From an uncultured Verrucomicrobiae bacterium (GTDB lineage: Bacteria > Verrucomicrobiota > Verrucomicrobiia > Chthoniobacterales > JAFAMB01), in assembly GCA_963762565.1 (NCBI GenBank), contig CAVXLD010000005.1, forward strand, positions 1-64,000: DNA of 64,000 bases. Reading direction: 5' to 3'. The notes under the pieces were generated by a model, which saw only the letters and a program-made list of their open reading frames with translations, ran no database searches and was not told the origin of the DNA. Numbering within the stretch: position 1 is the stretch's first letter; each line of letters begins with the position of its first letter. Below are positions 30,208 to 38,793 of the stretch, piece by piece. Made by a program: the position numbers and the translations under genes.

Positions 30208-31779
30208 ATGGAGACAGCATTGACCCAAGATCGGAGCGCAGCCACCGCTCCTCGCAGCGCCGGAACATCGGCCCCCCAAATTGAGCATTATGTGAATGGG
30301 AAACGGGTCGTTGGCAGCGGGATTCGGACCTTGAATGTTTTCAATCCGGCGACCGGTGAAGTCGTTGGGTACGTAAAAGCGGCCACGCCGGCGGATGTGG
30401 ATGCAGCAGTACAAGCAGCGCGAGCGGCTTTTCCCGCCTGGAGCGAGACCTCACCCGTAAAGCGGGCCCGGGTCCTCTTCAAATTCAAAGCGTTGCTGGA
30501 AGAGCATTACGATGAGCTCGCGGCCATGATTACCCGGCAGCATGGAAAAGTCTTTTCCGATGCGCAAGGTGAAGTGCAACGCGGGATCGAGGTGGTCGAG
30601 TTTGCTTGCGGAGTTCCGCATCTGCTCAAAGGCGATTATACCGAGCAAGTCGGAGGCGGCATCGACAACTGGAGTATGCGCCAACCGTTAGGGGTGGTGG
30701 CCGGAATTACGCCCTTCAATTTCCCGGTAATGGTGCCGATGTGGATGTATCCGGTCGCTATCGCATGCGGTAACACTTTCGTGTTGAAACCATCCGAACG
30801 GGATCCGGGTGCATCGCTCCTGGTAGCGGACCTTTTTAAAAAGGCCGGCTTGCCGGACGGGGTCTTTAATGTTGTGCAAGGCGATAAAGAGGCTGTGGAC
30901 GCGCTCATCGCTCATCCGGACGTGGAAGCGCTTTCGTTCGTCGGCTCAACGCCGATCGCGGAATACATTCACAGCGAAAGCGCCAAGCGCGGCAAACGAG
31001 TTCAGGCTTTAGGCGGCGCCAAGAATCATCTGGTCGTCATGCCGGACAGCGATCTGGATACGGTAACCAATGCATTGATGGGTTCGGCCTATGGATCGGC
31101 CGGTGAACGTTGTATGGCCGTGTCCGTGGCGGTAGCAGTGGGGGATGAGCTAGGCGACCGTCTCGTGGACAAACTGGCGGCGAAAGTCCGTACTTTAAAG
31201 ATCCGCAACGGCATGGAAGCCGATGCTGATATGGGGCCGATCGTAACCGCCCAACAAAAGACGAAGATCGAGGGTTACATTGAAGCGGGCATTAAGGCGG
31301 GCGCAACTCTGGTAGTAGACGGCCGCGGCCTGACCGTGCCGGGACATGAGAAGGGTTTTTTCCTGGGCGGAACTCTATTCGATCATGTCAGCCGGGATAT
31401 GACGATTTACCGCGAAGAGATCTTTGGACCCGTCCTTTGTGTTATCCGGGTCCCCGATTTCGAAAGCGCGGTTAGTCTGATCAATGCGCACGAATTCGGG
31501 AACGGCGTCTCCTGCTATACCAACGATGGCAAGACGGCGCAGGAGTTCGCTCATCGGATAAAGATCGGGATGGTCGGGATCAACGTGCCGATTCCGGTGC
31601 CGATGGCGTGGCATTCTTTTGGCGGTTGGAAGCGTTCGCTTTTTGGCGGCTATCACACCTACGGGGAAGAAGGCGTTCGTTTTTATACCCGTTACAAGAG
31701 CATCATGCAGCGCTGGTATGACAGCACGCCGAAGGCCGGGGAAAAGCCGGGCAATCAATTCAACATGCCGACGGTCTGA
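30208..31779 (+). CDS. mmsA: CoA-acylating methylmalonate-semialdehyde dehydrogenase
   Basis: [38 protein letters not shown] and INVPIPVP motifs. Confidence 0.93.
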   Translation: METALTQDRSAATAPRSAGTSAPQIEHYVNGKRVVGSGIRTLNVFNPATGEVVGYVKAATPADVDAAVQAARAAFPAWSETSPVKRARVLFKFKALLEEHYDELAAMITRQHGKVFSDAQGEVQRGIEVVEFACGVPHLLKGDYTEQVGGGIDNWSMRQPLGVVAGITPFNFPVMVPMWMYPVAIACGNTFVLKPSERDPGASLLVADLFKKAGLPDGVFNVVQGDKEAVDALIAHPDVEALSFVGSTPIAEYIHSESAKRGKRVQALGGAKNHLVVMPDSDLDTVTNALMGSAYGSAGERCMAVSVAVAVGDELGDRLVDKLAAKVRTLKIRNGMEADADMGPIVTAQQKTKIEGYIEAGIKAGATLVVDGRGLTVPGHEKGFFLGGTLFDHVSRDMTIYREEIFGPVLCVIRVPDFESAVSLINAHEFGNGVSCYTNDGKTAQEFAHRIKIGMVGINVPIPVPMAWHSFGGWKRSLFGGYHTYGEEGVRFYTRYKSIMQRWYDSTPKAGEKPGNQFNMPTV

Positions 31780-31916
31780 CAAAATGTGATCCTAGCCCAT
31801 CGCTCCGAAGGGGCAACAGATCTAGTCCAGAACTCCAGCACTCCGATACTCCATCACTCCGCGCCGCCGAATTCGAGGACGAGGACGACGACGAGGACGA
31901 GAACGAAACCCACCCT

Positions 31917-33041
31917 ATGACAACAGTCGAACAGCTTGACCGAACCGAACCGGTAGTTGCCGAAAAGAAAGGCACCTACAAGAGCCCGTTGTATCAGATG
32001 ACGCAGACAACGCCTACCTGTCTGTGGAATGATTCGGCATCCATTGAAGAACTAGCTTATTCCATTGAGCATGGCGCGGTCGGAGCCACTTGTAACCCGG
32101 TGATCGTGGTTGGGGTGCTCAAGAAAGAAATGCCTCTATGGAAGGACCGGATCCGGGCCTTGATCAACGAAATGCCAACTGCTACTGAGGACCAGATCGG
32201 TTGGCAGATCGTTCGGGAGATCTCCGTCAAAGCCGCCGCGCTTTTGGAGCCGACGTTCGAACAGCAGAAAGGCAAGAACGGACGGTTGTCTGTTCAAACA
32301 GACCCCCGGCTTTATCGGGACACTGAGGCAATCGTTAAACAGACTATCGAGTTCTCCCAGCTGGCGCCTAATATCATTGTAAAGATTCCGGTTACCCGCG
32401 CCGGCATACCGGCAATCGAAGAAGCCACCTACCAAGGCGTGAGCATCAACGCCACGGTCAGTTTCACTCTGCCACAAGCGATCGCCGTTGCCGAAGCCGT
32501 TGAACGCGGCCTTAAACGCCGGGAACGCGAAGGGAAAGATATCTCCACCATGGGCCCGGTCTGCACCATCATGGTAGGCCGGCTGGACGATTGGTTAAAA
32601 GCCGTAGCTGAGAAAGAAAGCATCACCACCGATCCCGGGTACTTCGAATGGGCCGGTGTCGCTGTGTTCAAAAAAGCGTATCAGATCTATCGCGAACGCG
32701 GCTATCGTCTCCGTCTGCTTTCAGCCGCCTTTCGCAATCATATGCATTGGAGCGAATTCATCGGGGGCGATGTCGTCATCTCGCCGCCTTACGCCTGGCA
32801 AGTCCGGTACAACGCCAGCGATATCGCCGTCGTTCCGCGGATCGATAATCCCGTCGATCCGAAGATCGTGGCTGACCTCTCCAAGAAGTTCGTCGATTTT
32901 CGCCGAGCCTATACCGAAGACGGGCTTACAGCGGAAACCTTCGATTCGTTTGGCCCGACTCGACGCACCCTCCGCCAATTCATCGCCGGTTGTGGTGATC
33001 TCGGAGCCATTGTCCGCGATTTCATGCTGCCGGAGTGGTGA
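31917..33041 (+). CDS. Transaldolase family protein
   Basis: WNDS, GATCNP, NIIVKIP and GVSINATVSF motifs. Confidence 0.88.
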   Translation: MTTVEQLDRTEPVVAEKKGTYKSPLYQMTQTTPTCLWNDSASIEELAYSIEHGAVGATCNPVIVVGVLKKEMPLWKDRIRALINEMPTATEDQIGWQIVREISVKAAALLEPTFEQQKGKNGRLSVQTDPRLYRDTEAIVKQTIEFSQLAPNIIVKIPVTRAGIPAIEEATYQGVSINATVSFTLPQAIAVAEAVERGLKRREREGKDISTMGPVCTIMVGRLDDWLKAVAEKESITTDPGYFEWAGVAVFKKAYQIYRERGYRLRLLSAAFRNHMHWSEFIGGDVVISPPYAWQVRYNASDIAVVPRIDNPVDPKIVADLSKKFVDFRRAYTEDGLTAETFDSFGPTRRTLRQFIAGCGDLGAIVRDFMLPEW

Positions 33042-33175
33042 GCGGGGGAAGTGAGAAGTGATTGGTGGGTTCGTGGAGGGCGCCTCGCTTGCGAGGCCCA
33101 CCTTGGCGAGTGTTGAAACCCAACGTGAGCTACGTGGGCGATCCGGCGGCCGCCCATAGGCGTCAAGATAAGGAG

Positions 33176-33367
33176 TTAGTGCTTGAGTTTGAGGGGCTTA
33201 GTCGGTTTCTTTCGACGCAGGATGAGGGTGTTTTTGTCTTCGACGAACCACTCTAATTCTTCTCCTTTGTCCAGTTCAATAGCGTCGGCCAGAGCGGCAG
33301 GCAAATTGACATAGAAGCTGCGATTGGTGGGACGATCGACTTTTTGGAGTTTGACCGGATAGCCCAT
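33176..33367 (-). CDS. AbrB/MazE/SpoVT-like small DNA-binding protein within the IS
   Basis: VKLQKV...SFYVNLPAALADAIELDKGEELEW, a swapped-hairpin pattern. Confidence 0.75.
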   Translation of the reverse strand: MGYPVKLQKVDRPTNRSFYVNLPAALADAIELDKGEELEWFVEDKNTLILRRKKPTKPLKLKH

Positions 33368-33454
33368 GGTTAGGAAAGAAGTCTAACGCTCTAAAGAGCA
33401 AGAAAGAGAGAGAAAAAAGCTGTGCAGGTATATAGTGTTTATACTATATATCAT

Positions 33455-34714
33455 ATGCTGCAACGCTTTTCCTATTTGCCTCTGCAAACCTTGGCTAGAA
33501 GCTCTGGTTTTGTCTTACGACGCCCTAAAAAACTCTCTCTGGAAGCATTCCTTCAATCCATCCTCTTGAGTCTGTGCTACCCAGCCTATTCTTTCCAAAG
33601 CTGGGCGGCCCAATTAAGTGCCTTGCAGGCGGGACTGTTCTCTAAACAAGCTCTGCATCAGCGCTGCGACAGAAGGCTGCTAGATTTTCTGCAACTTTGT
33701 TTGGCCAGCTTGTTAGCCAATTTTATGCACCGCTCTTGCCCCAGTCGGCTGTTGGAACCTTTCGGCCGAGTTTTGCTCCAGGACAGCACCGCTTTAGCCC
33801 TCCATCCCAGACTGGCGAGTTGTTTTCCGGCTTGTGGTAATCAACACCAAGCAAAGCTTGCCAGCGTCAAAATCCAAGCCGTCTTTGAACTGCGTTCTCA
33901 ACGCTGGCTTCATTTCCAACTCGGTGCCCTGACCGACAACGATCAGAAGGCCTCGAGCTTGATTTTAAGTTTGCTCCAACCCGGAGACTTGGTCATTCGC
34001 GACCTGGGCTACGCCGTCTTTAAAGTTTGGCGCCAGATCATCCAGGCCGGGGCCTATTTCTTGAGTCGGTGCCGCAGCGATTTTGTTTTCTTTGATCCCA
34101 AAACTCAAAAGCCGGTCGAGCTTTTGGCTTTAGTGCAAAACCATGGTCAACTCAGTGCCCAGCTGCTGCTCGGCGCCCAAGAGCGACTCCCGGTGCGTTT
34201 GGTGGCTTTGCGCTTGCCCCCAGCCTTAGCCGCTCAGCGTCGGCGGCGCGCTCGGGCCAACGCCAAAAAAGATCGCTCGCTAAAGCTCACCAAACGCTAT
34301 CTCAAACTTTTAGGTTGGACCCTCCTATTGACCAACGTCACCGCTGAACAACTCAGTGCCCAGCAACTCTGGGAAGTCTATAGCACTCGGTGGCAAATCG
34401 AAGTGCTTTTCAAAAGTTGGAAATCTCATTTTCAGCTCGGTCAGCTTCCCGCTCGCAATCCACTCTGGGTCCAGATTCAACTCTTAGCAAAACTACTAGC
34501 CATTGCCTTGCTGCAGACCGCTTTTGCCCTTCAGCCTTGGGGCGTTGAACTAAACGCTCTCAGTCCACTCAAAATCGCTGCCTATTTGAGTCGTTTGCTT
34601 CCCTTAATTGCCGCTTCCCCTCACCAAGACTGGCTCCAACATTTCTTTTACTTTTGCCGTTATGACTCCCGTTCCGATCGAACCAACCTCTTTCAAAGAC
34701 TCGCAGCTTTATGA
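33455..34714 (+). CDS. IS4-family DDE transposase
   Basis: LLQDST, LVIRDLGY and YSTRWQIEVLFKSWK (YREK) motifs. Confidence 0.93.
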   Translation: MLQRFSYLPLQTLARSSGFVLRRPKKLSLEAFLQSILLSLCYPAYSFQSWAAQLSALQAGLFSKQALHQRCDRRLLDFLQLCLASLLANFMHRSCPSRLLEPFGRVLLQDSTALALHPRLASCFPACGNQHQAKLASVKIQAVFELRSQRWLHFQLGALTDNDQKASSLILSLLQPGDLVIRDLGYAVFKVWRQIIQAGAYFLSRCRSDFVFFDPKTQKPVELLALVQNHGQLSAQLLLGAQERLPVRLVALRLPPALAAQRRRRARANAKKDRSLKLTKRYLKLLGWTLLLTNVTAEQLSAQQLWEVYSTRWQIEVLFKSWKSHFQLGQLPARNPLWVQIQLLAKLLAIALLQTAFALQPWGVELNALSPLKIAAYLSRLLPLIAASPHQDWLQHFFYFCRYDSRSDRTNLFQRLAAL

Positions 34715-34827
34715 GTCGACTCCTTATCTTGACGCGCATGGGCGGCCGCCGGACGAGATTCCTCTTTTTTGCTTCCGTTTGCGGTTAGTCTCCGAAACTC
34801 TTGCTCCCGATCCCGGGAGAAGTGTTC

Positions 34828-35301
34828 ATGCATAGAAACAAACTTTACTTCATCGGTTTGTTCTTTTTAATTTTTCTGGGTGTCGGCGTTTATCTTATCA
34901 GCAAGGAAGTCATTTTCGCGTTTACTCAAGCGCCGGCCACCGCGCGCGTAGTCGATAAGACCGTTAGTCATTCAGGCAATCCGGGCAATCGCTCAGGTCG
35001 AGATGAACATTTTCTCGTGTGCGAGATTCGGCCGGATCCAGGGAACAAAACTTTTCGGGGCGATGTTCAAATTAATTACGTCAGCTGGAGTCTGACCAAG
35101 GTGGGCCAAGAGATCGAAGTTCGATATGAGCGAACTAACCCAACTATCATGCGGCTTCCTCGAAGCGTTGGAAATTGGCCCTTCGGTCTTTTTAGCTTAG
35201 CGGTCGGGGCCTTCGGCCTCTTCTTCGTTGGCAAAGCATGGTTACGTCCGCGACCCGCTGGCGTTGTTCGGGAAACGCCGGGAACGCCGACATCGCCGTG
35301 A
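34828..35301 (+). CDS. DUF3592-like membrane protein
   Basis: TM - ATARVVD...VGQEIEVRY...P - TM architecture. Confidence 0.7.
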   Translation: MHRNKLYFIGLFFLIFLGVGVYLISKEVIFAFTQAPATARVVDKTVSHSGNPGNRSGRDEHFLVCEIRPDPGNKTFRGDVQINYVSWSLTKVGQEIEVRYERTNPTIMRLPRSVGNWPFGLFSLAVGAFGLFFVGKAWLRPRPAGVVRETPGTPTSP

Positions 35302-35461
35302 TCGCCAGACTTCGCCCAGTCGTCTGAAACTCCGACTTCGTCTGTCGCTTAGGCTCCTGGAGACTTCGTCGGGGGCCTGGAGGCTACCTCTGGCAGGGCC
35401 GGGAACGGAGAAAGGTAAGATTACGTTAGACAATATGACCTGTCCCTATTTTCATCTGCTT

Positions 35462-35660
35462 TTACGCCTGGCAAGTGCGTTACAATGCGAGCGATATACC
35501 CGTCGTTCCGCGGATCGATAATCCCGTCGATCCGAAGATCGTGGCTGAGCTCTCCAAGAAGTTTGTCGATTTTCGCCGGGCCTACACCGAAGACGGCCTG
35601 TCCTTAGAAACCTTCGATTCGTTTGGCCCGGCCCGGCGTACCCCGGCAATTCGTCGCCGG
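35462..35660 (+). pseudogene. Diverged duplicate of the transaldolase 3' region (32789-32989)
   Basis: Long identical stretches such as CGTCGTTCCGCGGATCGATAATCCCGTCGATCCGAAGATCGTGGCTGA; no 5' part; small deletion near the end. Confidence 0.9.
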
Positions 35661-35679
35661 CTTCAGTGATTTGTGTTGG

Positions 35680-36387
35680 TTATCTTACGCTGCGCCTGCT
35701 AGGAGATTGGCGGACTGGTGAATTTTGCACTGGCTGGATGCGATAACAATTGATCGCAACAATCCGCTCCTGGCCTGGTAAAAGAGGGGTCACCTCATGA
35801 GGCACTATGCCACCTAACAGCACAGCGGTGTCGCCTCGTTCCAAAGTCACTGCCACTCCCGATAATTTTCTGTTGGCGTGAAGCTTTGATAACGGTTTTC
35901 CAATATATTCTGGATAAACATGCAGCCCGCCGGCGAGGCGACTCGTGTCGTTTGATGTGAGACATGTAATAAGGGCAACGTCACAACCTTCTTCGTCGCG
36001 GTGCAGGCCTAGGAAGTCACCCGCTTGGTCATAGTAGGTGTAGATGCCCGCGCCGGTTGGTTGGACCGAAGTATTGCATAAGCGGCCAAGCGCCCCCGTG
36101 ACTCGGGATGATGAGTGGATCCTCCAGTGAATGTCTCCGCCATCCGTTGATCTGAAGGCTCGCGCCGGAGCGCCTCCCCGTCCCTCACTACCGTCCGAAT
36201 TCATCACCAAAAAACGCTTGGCTTTCGCCCGCATCGCATTCGCCTCGGTCGCCAGAATTTTCAAAGTGTATTTCGACATCCATTCTGGCAACACTACAAA
36301 ACCGCCATCAGCAGCTAAGCGAGATCGCCTAACCTGCTCCAATGCCGGCAAATCCCAATCATCTATGCCAAATGCCAGGTCTCGCAT
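35680..36387 (-). CDS. Fe(II)/2-oxoglutarate-dependent oxygenase-like protein
   Basis: YYDQAGDFLGLHRD...GGL...PHEVTP...ERIV gives the HxD...H facial triad plus a 2OG-binding Arg. Confidence 0.75.
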   Translation of the reverse strand: MRDLAFGIDDWDLPALEQVRRSRLAADGGFVVLPEWMSKYTLKILATEANAMRAKAKRFLVMNSDGSEGRGGAPARAFRSTDGGDIHWRIHSSSRVTGALGRLCNTSVQPTGAGIYTYYDQAGDFLGLHRDEEGCDVALITCLTSNDTSRLAGGLHVYPEYIGKPLSKLHANRKLSGVAVTLERGDTAVLLGGIVPHEVTPLLPGQERIVAINCYRIQPVQNSPVRQSPSRRSVR

Positions 36388-36404
36388 CCTTTGAAAAGCA
36401 CCAG

Positions 36405-38249
36405 TTAAGGGGTAGTTTCCTCTTCGAACCCTGCTGCACAGCGGCTTCGGCTTGGATCTATTGCCAGACTGAGATAGGAGTCACCTTCCCGTAGCATCAG
36501 TTGAGAAGTTACCAATTGCTGAAGAAACGCATCTAGAGACACTGGTTTTCCAAATCGTCGGGCTGCGAAGAGATCGATGCTGGAGCGGCTTCGGATCTCG
36601 TCACAAAATTCGTAGATCTCTCGTTGCAGACCATTGAACGGATAGTGTAAAGGCTCACGATTGGGTCGACTGTCTAGAACCATTAGCTCAGGATCTGTGC
36701 CGTAGTTTTTTATAAGATCGCCTTGATTTCCCCTCCAGGTCTCGACCTTGTCGAGCACTGGCTGCATATACTGAATGGGCTCCCGACTGTCAGAGTACTC
36801 GTAATCAAAAAAATAGGCTAGGTTGGTCACGGTTTCGTCAGGTAGGAAATAAATGTGGTAATATAAAGAGTACGGCCGTACATCGACGAAGCCGAACTCC
36901 TCAGCTTGGTCATAATTCGGGCTAAAGCGGTCGAGGCGGATCTTGGCGACGACGCCGGGGGATGGAAGATGATAGATTGCCTCGATGACTCGCGCTGTTT
37001 CTTCGTAGTCTTGGACGGTTTCTCCCGGGAAACCGTATAACAAGTTCCAGGCGATTTCGACACCGTACTCGCGCGCGAGTTTAAGCAATTGCACATTCTG
37101 GATCGCGCTAACTCCCTTGCGCATAAGTTGCAAGACGTGGCTGTTCAAGCTCTCGATGCCGGGCTGGATGGCCGTCACCCCTGCGTCGCGCAACATCTCG
37201 ATCTGATCACGTCTAAGATTAGACTTTACTTCATAAAAAAGGGAAATCCCCGGATTGTGCTCCTTTAGCATCGGCAGCAGATCCCGGAAAAATTTATATG
37301 ACATGATATTGTCTACGGCCTGAAACTCACGTAACCCGTAACGGGCTCTCTGCCTTTCTAGTTCTCTATAGACGCGTGAAGCGCTTTTTGCTCGAAAGGT
37401 TAGCGTCGAGCCGTTCAAACCACAGAACGTACAATGCGACTTGGCAAACCACCAGCAGCCCCGGGCGGTCTCAATCAACAATGCCGGTTCTAATTGCGGT
37501 CCAAGCGAAGTGCGACGCACAGCGGTAAAATAGTCATCATAATCCGGGTCCGGTAAGCGATCCAGGTCATGAATCCGATCCGGGGGCGCTGTAAGCTTTG
37601 ACTCACCGTCCTCCCTACAAATCACGCCGGGTACTGCTTCGGCCGTATGACCGGTGCACAGCCGTGCAACTAGAGCTGGAAAGCTGTTGTCCGACTCCCC
37701 AGAACAGATGTAATCAATCCAAGGAAACTGGCGGTGGAGCTCTAACCCCATTATACCTTCGCAGTTCCCGCCCCCAAACACTATGATTTTGTCCTTGTAT
37801 CTCTTCTTAATGGACTGGGACAAGGCGAGGGAAGCTAGATTTTGCTCGAAGGTCGTCGAAAACCCAATAATCTGGTGGCCAGCGATATCGAATTCGTCAA
37901 AGCAAGCCTCGATAAATGGAGACACCTCTCCACGAAGGTTCATCACATCCTTGAACTCGCCGTCGTCTAGCTCCTGTCGCAAAAACTCGACATAGGGGGA
38001 GCGATCTTCTCCCGGAAATACGTACTCAGAAAACAACCAGTCACCAGTGAACAACCATCCGCTAAGCCGATCGTTAATCAGTTCGTACGCTGAGAGTCCA
38101 ACCCGCTCAGCAAAAAGCAAATTTCCGTATCCAATATCGCACCGGATCCCTTCTTCAGATAACCGGGCCTTAAGAATACTGATCCCGATTGCAGGCCTGG
38201 ACAGCGAAACGAACGGCATATTCAGAAGTAGAACCCTGAACATGAGCAC
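36405..38249 (-). CDS. RiPP maturation radical SAM C-methyltransferase (TIGR03975-like, B12-binding N-domain)
   Basis: LLNMPF...RPAIGISILKA, GFSTTFEQNLASLAL, FGGGNCEG, ETARGCWWFAKSHCTFCGLN (Cx7CxxC), IQPGIES, WNLLYGFPGE and RLDRFSP motifs. Confidence 0.9.
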   Translation of the reverse strand: MLMFRVLLLNMPFVSLSRPAIGISILKARLSEEGIRCDIGYGNLLFAERVGLSAYELINDRLSGWLFTGDWLFSEYVFPGEDRSPYVEFLRQELDDGEFKDVMNLRGEVSPFIEACFDEFDIAGHQIIGFSTTFEQNLASLALSQSIKKRYKDKIIVFGGGNCEGIMGLELHRQFPWIDYICSGESDNSFPALVARLCTGHTAEAVPGVICREDGESKLTAPPDRIHDLDRLPDPDYDDYFTAVRRTSLGPQLEPALLIETARGCWWFAKSHCTFCGLNGSTLTFRAKSASRVYRELERQRARYGLREFQAVDNIMSYKFFRDLLPMLKEHNPGISLFYEVKSNLRRDQIEMLRDAGVTAIQPGIESLNSHVLQLMRKGVSAIQNVQLLKLAREYGVEIAWNLLYGFPGETVQDYEETARVIEAIYHLPSPGVVAKIRLDRFSPNYDQAEEFGFVDVRPYSLYYHIYFLPDETVTNLAYFFDYEYSDSREPIQYMQPVLDKVETWRGNQGDLIKNYGTDPELMVLDSRPNREPLHYPFNGLQREIYEFCDEIRSRSSIDLFAARRFGKPVSLDAFLQQLVTSQLMLREGDSYLSLAIDPSRSRCAAGFEEETTP

Positions 38250-38290
38250 ACTTACTCTTCACTTAGATGGCTTAGCCATCGAGATCGGTT

Positions 38291-38413
38291 CTAAGCTCGG
38301 CAATTCTCCGCATCGCTGGTTGGGTTTCGAGCTTTTGGCGTTTGTGGTTCTGGTGGCGAAGCGGTTCGCTCGGATCGTGTGATAGTTCTGATCAGACTAA
38401 CTGACTCGGACAC
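38291..38413 (-). CDS. Second putative precursor peptide (40 aa; possibly frameshifted, alternative end at 38259)
   Basis: Below the ORF-track cutoff. GTG start reads MSESVSLIRTITRSERTASPPEPQTPKARNPTSDAENCRA*, resembling the upstream peptide (ESVxxIR, PPEP..KAR). Confidence 0.45.
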   Translation of the reverse strand: MSESVSLIRTITRSERTASPPEPQTPKARNPTSDAENCRA

Positions 38414-38418
38414 ATAAT

Positions 38419-38601
38419 CTATCTCTCGGGCTTAGCCGGCCGGGCTTTTTTAGGCTCGGGCGGTGTTCTGATTGGTGGTTTAATTTGGCGGATCGGTGGT
38501 TTGCGCGCTGGTTTGGGCGCACTTGGCCGAGTGGACGGCTTGGCTGGGTTGGCTAGGTTGGCTGGCTTGACCGGTCTGATCGGATCAACTGACTCGAGCA
38601 T
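38419..38601 (-). CDS. Putative RiPP precursor, Pro/Lys/Arg-rich 60-aa peptide
   Basis: Strong RBS (AAGGAG-ATCCTAT-ATG); first gene of the minus-strand unit with the radical SAM gene; 17 Pro, 15 Lys/Arg. Confidence 0.7.
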   Translation of the reverse strand: MLESVDPIRPVKPANLANPAKPSTRPSAPKPARKPPIRQIKPPIRTPPEPKKARPAKPER

Positions 38602-38793
38602 ATAGGATCTCCTTTATAAGCTCCGATGGTAATTGATTTCGCTGCGTGTCAGCAAGTCAGAAATAGGTTAGGATGCGAATGTTGAATGCTCGTAGCTGAA
38701 AATGGTCGACTAAATCGAATCCGCTCTGCAGGATAATCTCGTAGTCTCGTCCCGGGTTTTGCTACACAGTGTCGGAGTTAGGCTTTCTAGAAC

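Larger units (their letters stand above)
33155..34740 (+). mobile_element. IS4-family (IS231-like, CAT ends) insertion sequence with passenger gene
   Basis: IRs CATAGGCGTCAAGATAAGGAGT and CATGCGCGTCAAGATAAGGAGT; 10-bp direct repeat GGCGGCCGCC at 33145-54 and 34741-50. Confidence 0.92.

Noticed and set aside
6627..33041. A single sugar-acid catabolic pathway (dehydrogenase, aldolase, tarD, Gfo/Idh/MocA, mmsA, transaldolase, zwf)
   Set aside because: The genes are scattered in different orientations among unrelated genes; no shared operon or regulator is visible.
33176..33367. Type II toxin-antitoxin pair
   Set aside because: No toxin ORF is adjacent; the gene ends at the IS terminus.
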